From an uncultured delta proteobacterium (GTDB taxonomy: Bacteria; Myxococcota_A; Polyangia; Polyangiales; B10-G4): DNA of 64,000 nucleotides. The first letter of the stretch is position 1. Each line of letters opens with the position of its first letter. Below, in pieces: positions 9,952-18,309 of this stretch. Position numbers and translations under genes: made by a program. The stretch covers positions 402,682 to 466,681 of the forward strand of contig CAVSGI010000015.1 of the NCBI GenBank assembly GCA_963727445.1, written 5' to 3'. The notes beneath the pieces are model-generated. The model worked only from the letters and a program-made list of their open reading frames with translations, was not told where the DNA came from and ran no database searches.

Positions 9952-11172
9952 TTGGCCAACCTCGGCTACATCCAGGTCGTTCGGCACTGCAATCACTTCT
10001 GCGGGTTCTGCTCGAACCCGACGACGCCGTACACGCACGACTTTTCGTCGATGAAGGTGCTGGTCGACGACTTCGTCGCGCGCGGCTACTTCGGGGTGAT
10101 CCTCACGGGCGGCGAGCCGTCGCTGCACCCCGAGCTGCCGAAGATCTGCGCCTACGCGCGCGAGCAGGGGCTGCACGTTCGCATGATCACCAACGGTCAT
10201 CGCCTCGCCGACCCCGCCTTCGCGAAGGACATGGCCGACGCGGGCCTGTCGCTGGTGCACGTCTCCATCTACTCGGTGCGACCAGAGGTCGAGGAGCGCC
10301 TTCGCGGCACCACAGCCACCCTCGCGCGCGCGTTCGCCGCGATGGACAACGCCCATCGTTTCGGCGTCGAGGTCAACGTCAACTGCGTCATCAACAAGCT
10401 CAACGCCGACCACCTCGACGAGAACATCCGCCACTACCTCGCGCATCACTCCTACGTACGCCACTTCGTGTGGAACAACCTCGACCCCTCGATGGGGCGC
10501 GCCGAGGTGAACCAGGCGCAGTTCACGCCGCGCCTCGCCGACTTCGAGCTCTCGCTCACCCGGGCGATGCGCCTCCTTCATCGCTCCGGCCGGACCTTTC
10601 GCGTCGAGAAGGTGCCGCTCTGCTACATGGGCGAGTTCCCCTGGGCGAGCACCGAGACGCGCAAGATCGTCAAAGGCGAGGAGCGCATCGTACACTTCCT
10701 CGACGCCAAGCAGACGGTGCGCCAGGTCGACTGGGAGCACATCTACGCGGAGGGCTGCGGCGTGTGCTCGCTCCGGCACGTCTGCGGCGGTCTCTTCGAT
10801 CGTGGCGGCGGCTACGACCCGGCAGAGCTCTCGCCGGTCTTCGTCGATCGCGACGCCGTCGTCCGGGCGATCCTCGAGGACCCCACCGACCCCAGCTACC
10901 GCGATCGCTATCCCTCCCTCGCCGCCTGGGAAGCGGACTTCCAGAAGCGCCTCGAGGAGTCCCGCGAACGCGCGGCGCTGCGTGCGGCCGCGGGGCACGA
11001 CGACGACGACATGCCGCCCCCCGAGATGCGCGAGCCCGACGCGCCCAGGGTCGGGCAGGTCACGGACCGCGGCCGGAGGCTCTTCGAATCGAAACGACGC
11101 CGCGAACAGGACAAAGCCGCGGGTCTCGGCGTCGAGATGGAGCGGCTGAAGGCGCAGCTCCCCGATGAGTGA
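9952..11172 (+). CDS. Radical SAM protein with C-terminal Cys cluster
   Basis: Probable TTG start at 9952; CNHFCGFC (CxxxCxxC); TGGEP; ITNG; VPLC and CGVCSLRHVCGG auxiliary-cluster-like motif. Confidence 0.88.
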   Translation: MANLGYIQVVRHCNHFCGFCSNPTTPYTHDFSSMKVLVDDFVARGYFGVILTGGEPSLHPELPKICAYAREQGLHVRMITNGHRLADPAFAKDMADAGLSLVHVSIYSVRPEVEERLRGTTATLARAFAAMDNAHRFGVEVNVNCVINKLNADHLDENIRHYLAHHSYVRHFVWNNLDPSMGRAEVNQAQFTPRLADFELSLTRAMRLLHRSGRTFRVEKVPLCYMGEFPWASTETRKIVKGEERIVHFLDAKQTVRQVDWEHIYAEGCGVCSLRHVCGGLFDRGGGYDPAELSPVFVDRDAVVRAILEDPTDPSYRDRYPSLAAWEADFQKRLEESRERAALRAAAGHDDDDMPPPEMREPDAPRVGQVTDRGRRLFESKRRREQDKAAGLGVEMERLKAQLPDE

Positions 11173-11211
11173 GGGAACAAAGAACCAGCCCTCGGGCGTT
11201 GACCATCGCCG

Positions 11212-11778
11212 ATGACCGGGCCGAAGCCGTGCGAGGAATGCGGAAAGCCGATGAGCGCGGCGGCGGTCGCCTGTCCTCATTGCGGCACGCGTCAGGCCGG
11301 TCGCGATCCCCTCCCTGAACACGAACGACCCGCGCCGGGGCCGATGGCGAAGGCCAAGCTCTCCAGCGAAGAGATGGCCGCGATGCTCGCCATCGACAGC
11401 GTCAAGTCACCCAAGGTCGAGAGCGGACCCGGACTCTTCTCGGTGCTCCTCCTTCCCCATCCGATGACGAGCGGCGTGGCTCGCATTCTCGACGTGCTGC
11501 TCACGATCGTCGCTCATGCCGCTGATGGTCGCCGGCATCGTGCTCCTGATGCTCTTCGGCGGCCGGCGTCGCACCTTCGTCGCCGCCACTCGTCGGCTCA
11601 AAGGCCGGGTCGAGCTCACCGCCGCGGCCTTCGCGGCCATCCTCGGATAGCGTCAGCCTTCCTGTCCCTCGGCGTCCTCTTCCCACTTCCCATCGACGTC
11701 CCGCCCCTGGTGATGGCCGCCACGGGCAGCGCCGCCCTCGTCGCGCGCGCCTTCGTCCGAACCGCGGCCGAGAAATAG
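11212..11778 (+). CDS. Zinc-ribbon membrane protein (probably two compensating frameshifts near 11512 and 11648)
   Basis: CEECG..CPHCG zinc ribbon; between ~11512 and ~11648 the alternative frame gives hydrophobic LMPLMVAGIVLLMLFGG..ELTAAAFAAILG while the ORF frame is Arg-rich. Confidence 0.6.
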   Translation: MTGPKPCEECGKPMSAAAVACPHCGTRQAGRDPLPEHERPAPGPMAKAKLSSEEMAAMLAIDSVKSPKVESGPGLFSVLLLPHPMTSGVARILDVLLTIVAHAADGRRHRAPDALRRPASHLRRRHSSAQRPGRAHRRGLRGHPRIASAFLSLGVLFPLPIDVPPLVMAATGSAALVARAFVRTAAEK

Positions 11779-11848
11779 GGCCTCGGCGTTCACCAGCCGC
11801 CCGCCCGCCTTGACGACACCCAGCGCCCCCAGAGATAACCCGTTCGCC

Positions 11849-13945
11849 ATGCTCCGCTCCGCGTCCATCCTCGCCCTCGTCCTCTTTTCCGCGTGTGGTC
11901 CCTCCAGCCTGAGCACCGGCGGCACGACGGCGGCGACCGTTTCCGTCGGGGGTGGCGATCGCGCCATCGAGACCGTCACCGACCTCGACACCGTTCGCGA
12001 CGTCGCGGTGAGCGGCGAGCGCGTCTTCGTGGCGACCGACTTCGGGCTCCTCCTTCACTGGCCCTCCGGGGACGAGCGCCCGATGCGCCTGCGGACCGCG
12101 CGGGGCATGCCGAGCGATGACGTCCGCGCGGTGGTCGTCGATGGCAACGGTCACGCCATCGCCGCGACCGACCGAGGGGTGGTCGAGGTGGACGCCGAAG
12201 GAAACGTCTCACCCTTCGCCGACGCGCCGCCCGTGAGTCACGTCACGACCATGGCGATGACGGGCGACGGGACGCTCTGGGCCGGGGGCGTCGCCGGTCT
12301 CGCCCGCTTTCAGAATGGCGCCTGGGTGCGCTTCGGCGAGCCGATGGCCGTCACCACCATCACCCAGACGCCGGACGGCCAGCTCTGGGTAGGCGCCACC
12401 AACGGCCTCTACCTCATCGAGGGCGACGTCATCCGCGAGCACGGCATCGGTCGCGGTCTGCCCGAGCCCTACGTGCGCTCGGTGGTCCCGGTTCGCCCCG
12501 GCGAGGTCCTGGCCCTCCTTCAGGGCCCGAACGACGAGAAGATCGGGTACTGGAATGGCGACCGCTGGTTCGCCTACACGGTCAACCTCGACGCGCCGGC
12601 CGTCGATCTCGTGCAGCGAAGCGGTCAGACCCTCCTCATCACCCCCGCCAACGCCTTCGCGATCACCCCGGAGCTCGAGAGCGGCGCGGTGCGCCTCACG
12701 CCCCTGTCCATGTCCGAGCTGCGCAGCGTGCGCAGCTACGGCGCGCGCATCCTGACCCCGGACGAGATCGATGCCCCCGCCGAGGGCCAAGAGCCGCCCG
12801 CCGATGTCGCGCGCGAGCCGCTGCGCCTCGCCCTCGTCCCCGAAAACCAGCCGTCCATGGACGCGCCGCCCTTCGGCATCCGCCCGGTGAACATCGAGAT
12901 GCCGGTGGACACCTACTGGGCGAAGGGGATCGGCGACAGCCTCTATCTCGCGGATCGCAACCGCGGCGTGGAGAAGCTAGACGACAACGGCTTCGCCGTG
13001 AAGCTGCGCAGCCTCGACCTGGTGGCAGAGCGCGACCTCCAGATCGCCATCGACGCCTCCCGCAACACCTGGGTGCTGAGCGCCGACCAGTCCATCGCCC
13101 TCTTCCGCGACGGTCGCCTCGAGCGCGTCCCCGCGCCCGAGGGCGTGCAGATCCAGTCCCTCGCGAACGGCCCCGACGGCGCCTACGTCCTCACTCGCGT
13201 CAGCGATCAGCCCTCGACGGTCCGGCTCTACCGCGTGAGCACCGACGGCTGGACGCAGCAGATGGAGCGCGAGCTCACGGTGGACCCGCCGCTGGTGTCG
13301 ATCCCCTTCTTCGGCATCACCGACCAGCGCGTCGTGTGGGCGGGGCTCCGTGTCGTCAACGAGATGGGTGAGAGCCCGCGCATGCGCGGCGTCGCCGTCT
13401 TCGAAGAGCAGGGCGACATCATCTACGACCACCGCAACGCCAACCGTGAAGAGCACCCGGGATCGCTGGTCATGCCGGACGAGGTGGAGGGGATCGATCT
13501 CGGGATGCCGGACTACGCTTGGTTCCCGAGCCTCCTCGGCGCCATCCGCGTGGGCAACAGCCAGGCGATCGTCTTCGGCGAGGCCCGCGGCGTGCGCGGC
13601 GAGGTGGTGAGCGACGTCGCGGTCGCCGACAACGGTCGCGTGTGGGTCGCCGCAGCAGAGGGCCTCGGCTACTACGAGAACGGCAACTTCGAGTTCCGTC
13701 TCCCGCAAGAGGTGCAGCGTTCGCGGCCGCTGGCGCTCGCCCTCGACTCGCAAGGTCACGTGTGGGCTGCCGGTCCGAACGGTGTCGCCTTCAATGACGG
13801 CCAGACCTGGCATCGCCTCACCGAGGAGACGGGCCTGCCCACCAACGACCTCGTCGACGTCGAGGTCGACGCCGAGGATCGCGTCTGGCTCCTCGCCAAG
13901 GACCGACTGCTGATCTTCTCGCGCGCGCAGGCGCCGACGCCCTAG
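11849..13945 (+). CDS. Lipoprotein with two-component-regulator-type beta-propeller repeats
   Basis: Start MLRSASILALVLFSA-C; repeats such as GMPSDDVRAV, DGTLWAG, DGQLWVGATNGL, GLPTNDLVDVEVDAEDRVW. Confidence 0.8.
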   Translation: MLRSASILALVLFSACGPSSLSTGGTTAATVSVGGGDRAIETVTDLDTVRDVAVSGERVFVATDFGLLLHWPSGDERPMRLRTARGMPSDDVRAVVVDGNGHAIAATDRGVVEVDAEGNVSPFADAPPVSHVTTMAMTGDGTLWAGGVAGLARFQNGAWVRFGEPMAVTTITQTPDGQLWVGATNGLYLIEGDVIREHGIGRGLPEPYVRSVVPVRPGEVLALLQGPNDEKIGYWNGDRWFAYTVNLDAPAVDLVQRSGQTLLITPANAFAITPELESGAVRLTPLSMSELRSVRSYGARILTPDEIDAPAEGQEPPADVAREPLRLALVPENQPSMDAPPFGIRPVNIEMPVDTYWAKGIGDSLYLADRNRGVEKLDDNGFAVKLRSLDLVAERDLQIAIDASRNTWVLSADQSIALFRDGRLERVPAPEGVQIQSLANGPDGAYVLTRVSDQPSTVRLYRVSTDGWTQQMERELTVDPPLVSIPFFGITDQRVVWAGLRVVNEMGESPRMRGVAVFEEQGDIIYDHRNANREEHPGSLVMPDEVEGIDLGMPDYAWFPSLLGAIRVGNSQAIVFGEARGVRGEVVSDVAVADNGRVWVAAAEGLGYYENGNFEFRLPQEVQRSRPLALALDSQGHVWAAGPNGVAFNDGQTWHRLTEETGLPTNDLVDVEVDAEDRVWLLAKDRLLIFSRAQAPTP

Positions 13946-13947
13946 CT

Positions 13948-14910
13948 TCAGGCGCGCTGCTGAGTCCCGTTCAGCGACGCGTGTGGACCCAGCCACCGCC
14001 TGGCGCGCTTCACCGCTTCGCCGAGCACCGCTTCGTCCGTCGGCGGATCGTATTGTCGCAAGAGGGCAGAGAGGTCGATGACCATCTCGCGCGCCGTGCC
14101 ATACCGCTGATCCGGATGGATCGCGAGGGCCTGAGCGATGATATCGGCGAGCTCCTCCGGCAGATCCTCGCGATGCTCGGTGACCAGGGGTGCGACCTGG
14201 CTGGCCATGCCGTAGAGGGTCACGGGATCCTTCGAGTCGCGCAGGCGCCGGCCGACCAGCGTCTCCCAGAGGATGGCGCCCACCGACCAGAGATCGGTCT
14301 GCGCCGTCGCCACGCCGCCCCCGACGTACTCCGGCGCCATGTAGGGCATCTTGCCCTTGAGCACACCGGGCTGAGTGATGGTCGCGCGGTCCATCGCTCG
14401 CGACATGCCGAAGTCGGTGAGCTTCACGCACCCGCCCACCGAGATCATCACGTTCGCCGGGGTCACGTCGCGATGGAAGACCGGCGCCGGCTCTCCGTCG
14501 GCGTCGACCCGCCGGTGGGCGGCGCCCAGCCCTCTGAGGAGCTCGATGCCGATCGCCACCACCAGCCGCCAGTCGAGCGATTGTTTGGCGCGGTCGTGGG
14601 CGCGGGCGAAGCGGGCCAGGTCGAGCCCATCCACCCACTCCATGATGATCAGGTAGCGCCCGTCCGGGTCGCGGACGAAGTCGTAGACTTGCACGATGTT
14701 GGGATGGCTGAGCTCCGAGGTGACCCGCGCCTCTTCGGCGAACATCTCCACCGCGGGCTCGTCCTCGGCGATCGCCGGCAACAGCCGCTTGACCGCGACG
14801 CTACGGGTGAAGGAGCCGGCGCCGTGCATGCGCGCGTACCAGACGGTCGCCATGCCACCGGCGCCCGCCGGTGAAACCAGCTCGTAGTTGCCGATCCGAC
14901 GACTCCCCAC
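13948..14910 (-). CDS. Cytoplasmic Hanks-type Ser/Thr protein kinase
   Basis: GAGGMATV, VAVK, HRDVTPANV, DFG, YMAPE, DLWSVG; no TM segment. Confidence 0.92.
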   Translation of the reverse strand: MGSRRIGNYELVSPAGAGGMATVWYARMHGAGSFTRSVAVKRLLPAIAEDEPAVEMFAEEARVTSELSHPNIVQVYDFVRDPDGRYLIIMEWVDGLDLARFARAHDRAKQSLDWRLVVAIGIELLRGLGAAHRRVDADGEPAPVFHRDVTPANVMISVGGCVKLTDFGMSRAMDRATITQPGVLKGKMPYMAPEYVGGGVATAQTDLWSVGAILWETLVGRRLRDSKDPVTLYGMASQVAPLVTEHREDLPEELADIIAQALAIHPDQRYGTAREMVIDLSALLRQYDPPTDEAVLGEAVKRARRWLGPHASLNGTQQRA

Positions 14911-14917
14911 CCCGTAG

Positions 14918-17716
14918 CTACCTTACGACACTGATGGTCTCAGCGTCGCGCGTTCTGTAGTTGTCGTCGATGTAGTCCATGAGCTCGAGGAGGAAGGTCT
15001 CCATCTGCGCTCCATTCGGGGTGCCGGGGGGCGCGTTCGTATAGAAGGTGCCCTTGACGCACTCGTCTCCACGGCAGCGGCCGTCGGGGAAGACGAAGAT
15101 CATCTTCTGCATCCGCTGCGCCTCGGGGATGGTCGAGGCGATCATGAAGTTCCAGATCAGCACTGCGGTGTCCACCAGCTGGGTGGGCTCCATCCCGTAG
15201 CCGTGGAGGAAGTACACGACGGGATAGGTCGTGTCCGCGTACTCGGGCTCGTAGTAGCCCGGCGGCAGGATGATGCTCACCGGTCCCGTGCGCCCGGTGC
15301 TGGGCGCGGTGAAGTCGGTGATGATCTTGTTCGGGTTGTCGCAGCCGGTTGCCGAGGCATCGCAGAGCCGATCGTCGACGCGACGCCGATCGCCGTTCGG
15401 CCAGCGCTGGCTCATCCACACCATCGGCGCGAGGATCCGGTTCACCGCTTGCGCGATGGTGCCCACGTGCGCGCCGTCGCCCGCTTCGAGGCGCGCGGGG
15501 GTGGTGTCCACCGCGCCGTAGCGCACCAGCACGTTCTGCCCGGTGGAGAGCCAGTCGATCTCGGTGAAGACGAAGTTCTCCGGCTCGTTGTCCCGGCCGT
15601 CGAGGTGGAAGGGCGGATAGCCGTTGTGGTAGCGCAGCGGCCGACCGCGCCCCGGGAACGAGGAGAAGGTGTGATTCGCGGCGGGCGCGGCCATGAAGAG
15701 GTCGCGGATGCCGCCGTCGCCGAAGACGTCGAGGTTGTCGAGGTCGGCGTCGGGGGCGCCGGCCAGCAGGTCCTTCGGCCCGCGGTCGAGCATGCGCTGC
15801 ATGCCGTGCGTCACGGTCCAGCAGCCGTCGCCTTCGCCGTTGTCGAAGCCGCCCTCGTCGAGCTGGGCGGTACCGAGGAGGTTGTCGAGGCCGAAGTCGA
15901 TGAAGGCCTCGCCTCCCATCGCGTCGCAGGGGTCGCCGTCGCGGAGGAAGTTCCCCTCCGTGCCGGTGGGATTGTACTGGTAGTGGTAGTCGTCGCCCGC
16001 GGGGTCGGGGTTGGTCACGGGGTCGTAGCCGGCTTCGTCGGGATCGCAGAGGCGGTCGAGCCCGCAGTCGTCGAACTCCTCGTGGAAGTTGCGGATCACC
16101 GGCTCGCCCGGATCGCGGATGCCGTTGGCGTTGATGTCGACCGCGACCACCACGCCCATCGGGTAGTTGTTGTCACCGTCCGGATCCCAGACTCCGAGAT
16201 TGCGCGACCCATCCGGGTAATTCACCTCGGCGCCGTCACAGAAGGAGATCACCTGATAGGTGCCATCCGGGTTGTACTCGTCGTCGAAGAAGCCGGTGCC
16301 GGCGCTTCCGTCGTAGGGCGGGATGATCACCGGGTCGGCGCAACGATCGGCATTGCTCCGCATGCGCTCGCTGTCCGGCACGCCCGGCGGAAGCACGTTC
16401 GCCGGCGATCCATCCGACGTGGCGTCAGTGATGGGGTTGCCGTACATCATCGACAGGTCGGTGAAGATGTTGGTGTACGACTCCCGGTCGAAGGCGGCGC
16501 CGTGCCCGGAGCCGCGGATCCTCTCGTCGTACCACCAGTGCTCGAAGTCCTGGCTCACCTCGTGGATCCACCTCGGATCCGGCGTGCGGCTTGTCGACGC
16601 GACGTCGCAGCCACTCGGATCGGCGCTGCGCTCGTCCTCGGTGCAGAACCCACCCAGGTGCTGCGTCCGGATGTAGTTCACCAGGTAGTTCCAGTCCCAG
16701 GCCGCGCCGAGTGGCGCCGCGAAGTCGAAGCGCTCGGGGTTGCGGAAGGCGACGACCCCGGTCCCGATGCCGCCCATCGACGCGCCGAGCAGGCCGCGGA
16801 AGACGAAGTCGCGATCCCGGGCGCGCCCGGCGTCCGAGCGCACCACCACCTGATAGGTGCCGAGGCGCGGGACCTCGAAGCGCATCATCCCGTCGGCCGA
16901 GCTGGGGATGGCCACCACCGCCACCGGAACTATCCGCGGCTCGTCGACGCCCGGCCCGGTGTAGCTCACCTCGACGTGGCCGCGGTTGGCGCCCGGCGGC
17001 AGGAGCGCCGGACGGATCGGGATGGTGAGCTCGAGCTCGCGCTCGAAGCGCATGTACGTGGGCCCGAACTCCACCGCAGGTCCGAGCGCCGAGTAGCCTT
17101 CGGGGAGCTGGTCGTCGGCGCAGCCGACGCTCAGGGTGAAGGGGTCGACGTGATAGTCGTCGTCGCGGCTCGCTCCGTCGGGAATGATCATGCCGGAGCC
17201 GGTGAGGGAGCCGCTCGTCACCCGCAGCTCCGAGCCTGGCCCGATGTCGCCGCTCGCCGACCCGTCACAGGCCGGAATGCTCGCGTCCACCACCTCGACC
17301 TCGAGGGTCGCCGTCTTCGTCATGTCCCGGATCGTCACCTCGGCGGTGATGGTCGTCGTCCCGACGCTCACCGGCGTCACCGTGAGCTGCTCGCGGCTGT
17401 CCTCAGCGACGAAGTCGAGCGAGGACGGCACGGTCGCCACCGACTCGTCGGACGAGGTGAGGGTGACCGTGAGGTCGAGACAGTAATCGAGGGTCAGCTC
17501 CAAATAGGTCTGGCGCTCGACGCCCACGGTGGTGCCCAGGTCGCTCAGACCGAACTGCAGGTCCGGTATGCGGCAGATGACCTCGCCGTCCCCCGCGTCC
17601 CCCGCGTCGGGCGTCGCATCGGTCATCGCATCGCCGGGCGCGTTGTCGTCGCCGCAGGCGCTCAGAAGAAGAAAGAACGGGAGAGAGAAGCCAAGGGGGA
17701 GCAGAGAAGACCGCAT
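14918..17716 (-). CDS. Large lipoprotein esterase (alpha/beta hydrolase), apparently circularly permuted
   Basis: Start MRSSLLPLG..LSA-C (ATG 17716); Ig-like and ZU5-like N-terminal regions; GASMGG nucleophile elbow; C-terminal ILPPGY..YPVVYFLHGYG..FVFPDG..YIDDNYRT block. Confidence 0.75.
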   Translation of the reverse strand: MRSSLLPLGFSLPFFLLLSACGDDNAPGDAMTDATPDAGDAGDGEVICRIPDLQFGLSDLGTTVGVERQTYLELTLDYCLDLTVTLTSSDESVATVPSSLDFVAEDSREQLTVTPVSVGTTTITAEVTIRDMTKTATLEVEVVDASIPACDGSASGDIGPGSELRVTSGSLTGSGMIIPDGASRDDDYHVDPFTLSVGCADDQLPEGYSALGPAVEFGPTYMRFERELELTIPIRPALLPPGANRGHVEVSYTGPGVDEPRIVPVAVVAIPSSADGMMRFEVPRLGTYQVVVRSDAGRARDRDFVFRGLLGASMGGIGTGVVAFRNPERFDFAAPLGAAWDWNYLVNYIRTQHLGGFCTEDERSADPSGCDVASTSRTPDPRWIHEVSQDFEHWWYDERIRGSGHGAAFDRESYTNIFTDLSMMYGNPITDATSDGSPANVLPPGVPDSERMRSNADRCADPVIIPPYDGSAGTGFFDDEYNPDGTYQVISFCDGAEVNYPDGSRNLGVWDPDGDNNYPMGVVVAVDINANGIRDPGEPVIRNFHEEFDDCGLDRLCDPDEAGYDPVTNPDPAGDDYHYQYNPTGTEGNFLRDGDPCDAMGGEAFIDFGLDNLLGTAQLDEGGFDNGEGDGCWTVTHGMQRMLDRGPKDLLAGAPDADLDNLDVFGDGGIRDLFMAAPAANHTFSSFPGRGRPLRYHNGYPPFHLDGRDNEPENFVFTEIDWLSTGQNVLVRYGAVDTTPARLEAGDGAHVGTIAQAVNRILAPMVWMSQRWPNGDRRRVDDRLCDASATGCDNPNKIITDFTAPSTGRTGPVSIILPPGYYEPEYADTTYPVVYFLHGYGMEPTQLVDTAVLIWNFMIASTIPEAQRMQKMIFVFPDGRCRGDECVKGTFYTNAPPGTPNGAQMETFLLELMDYIDDNYRTRDAETISVVR

Positions 17717-17736
17717 GGGGCGGCAGTATGGGCGCC

Positions 17737-18309
17737 TCAACCCGCCTCGTCGAGCAGGGCCCTCACCTCCCGATTCAGCTCGTCGAGGAGCGGGTGGGAC
17801 CACTCGTGACCGAGGCTCACCACGACGCTCTCGTAGTACCAGAGGGTCTGCTCGCGGCTCGCGCTGAAGCGATCGAAGACAGCCATCCCCAGGTTCGATA
17901 AATCCCGTCGGATCGAACGTGCGTTGTGCAGCTTGTCCGCGGCGCTGATCAACTTCACCTCGGGCGGTTCGGTGCGCAGCTCTTCGAGATACGCGAGCTT
18001 GCGCTCCTTCCAGGGCGGCTTCGGGTGCGTGGTGGCGTCGGAGAGCGCTTCGACGAAGCGGCGCACGCGCGGCCCGAAGCGCTTCTCCACCTCCTGGCCG
18101 GTCGCCGACTCGATGTCTTCGAGATAGTCGTGGAGCACCGCGGCGATCATCTGATCCTCGTCGCCGCCGTGCTCGGCGACGAAGACCATCACCTGCACCA
18201 GATGGGTGATGTAGGGGATCCCGCTGCCCTTGCGCACCTTGTAGCGGAAGGCGTCGGTGGCGAGAGCGATGGCCGCGTCGAGTCGCTCGGAGTAACAGGG
18301 CTCGGCCAT
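17737..18309 (-). CDS. HD-domain protein, small alarmone hydrolase (Mesh1/SpoT-HD-like)
   Basis: RKGSGIPYITHL, AAVLHDYLED, ADKLHN; ATG overlaps the upstream stop (TGATG at 18307-18311). Confidence 0.85.
   Translation of the reverse strand: MAEPCYSERLDAAIALATDAFRYKVRKGSGIPYITHLVQVMVFVAEHGGDEDQMIAAVLHDYLEDIESATGQEVEKRFGPRVRRFVEALSDATTHPKPPWKERKLAYLEELRTEPPEVKLISAADKLHNARSIRRDLSNLGMAVFDRFSASREQTLWYYESVVVSLGHEWSHPLLDELNREVRALLDEAG

Noticed and set aside
9865..11322. N-terminal half of the 1067-aa minus-strand ORF
   Set aside because: Antisense shadow of the radical SAM gene; the lipoprotein signal begins at 9864
15203..17809. Long antisense ORFs (e.g. 868 aa here; also 42803..45388, 53911..55857, 21749..24028)
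   Set aside because: Typical high-GC shadow ORFs opposite motif-supported genes, with no recognisable domains
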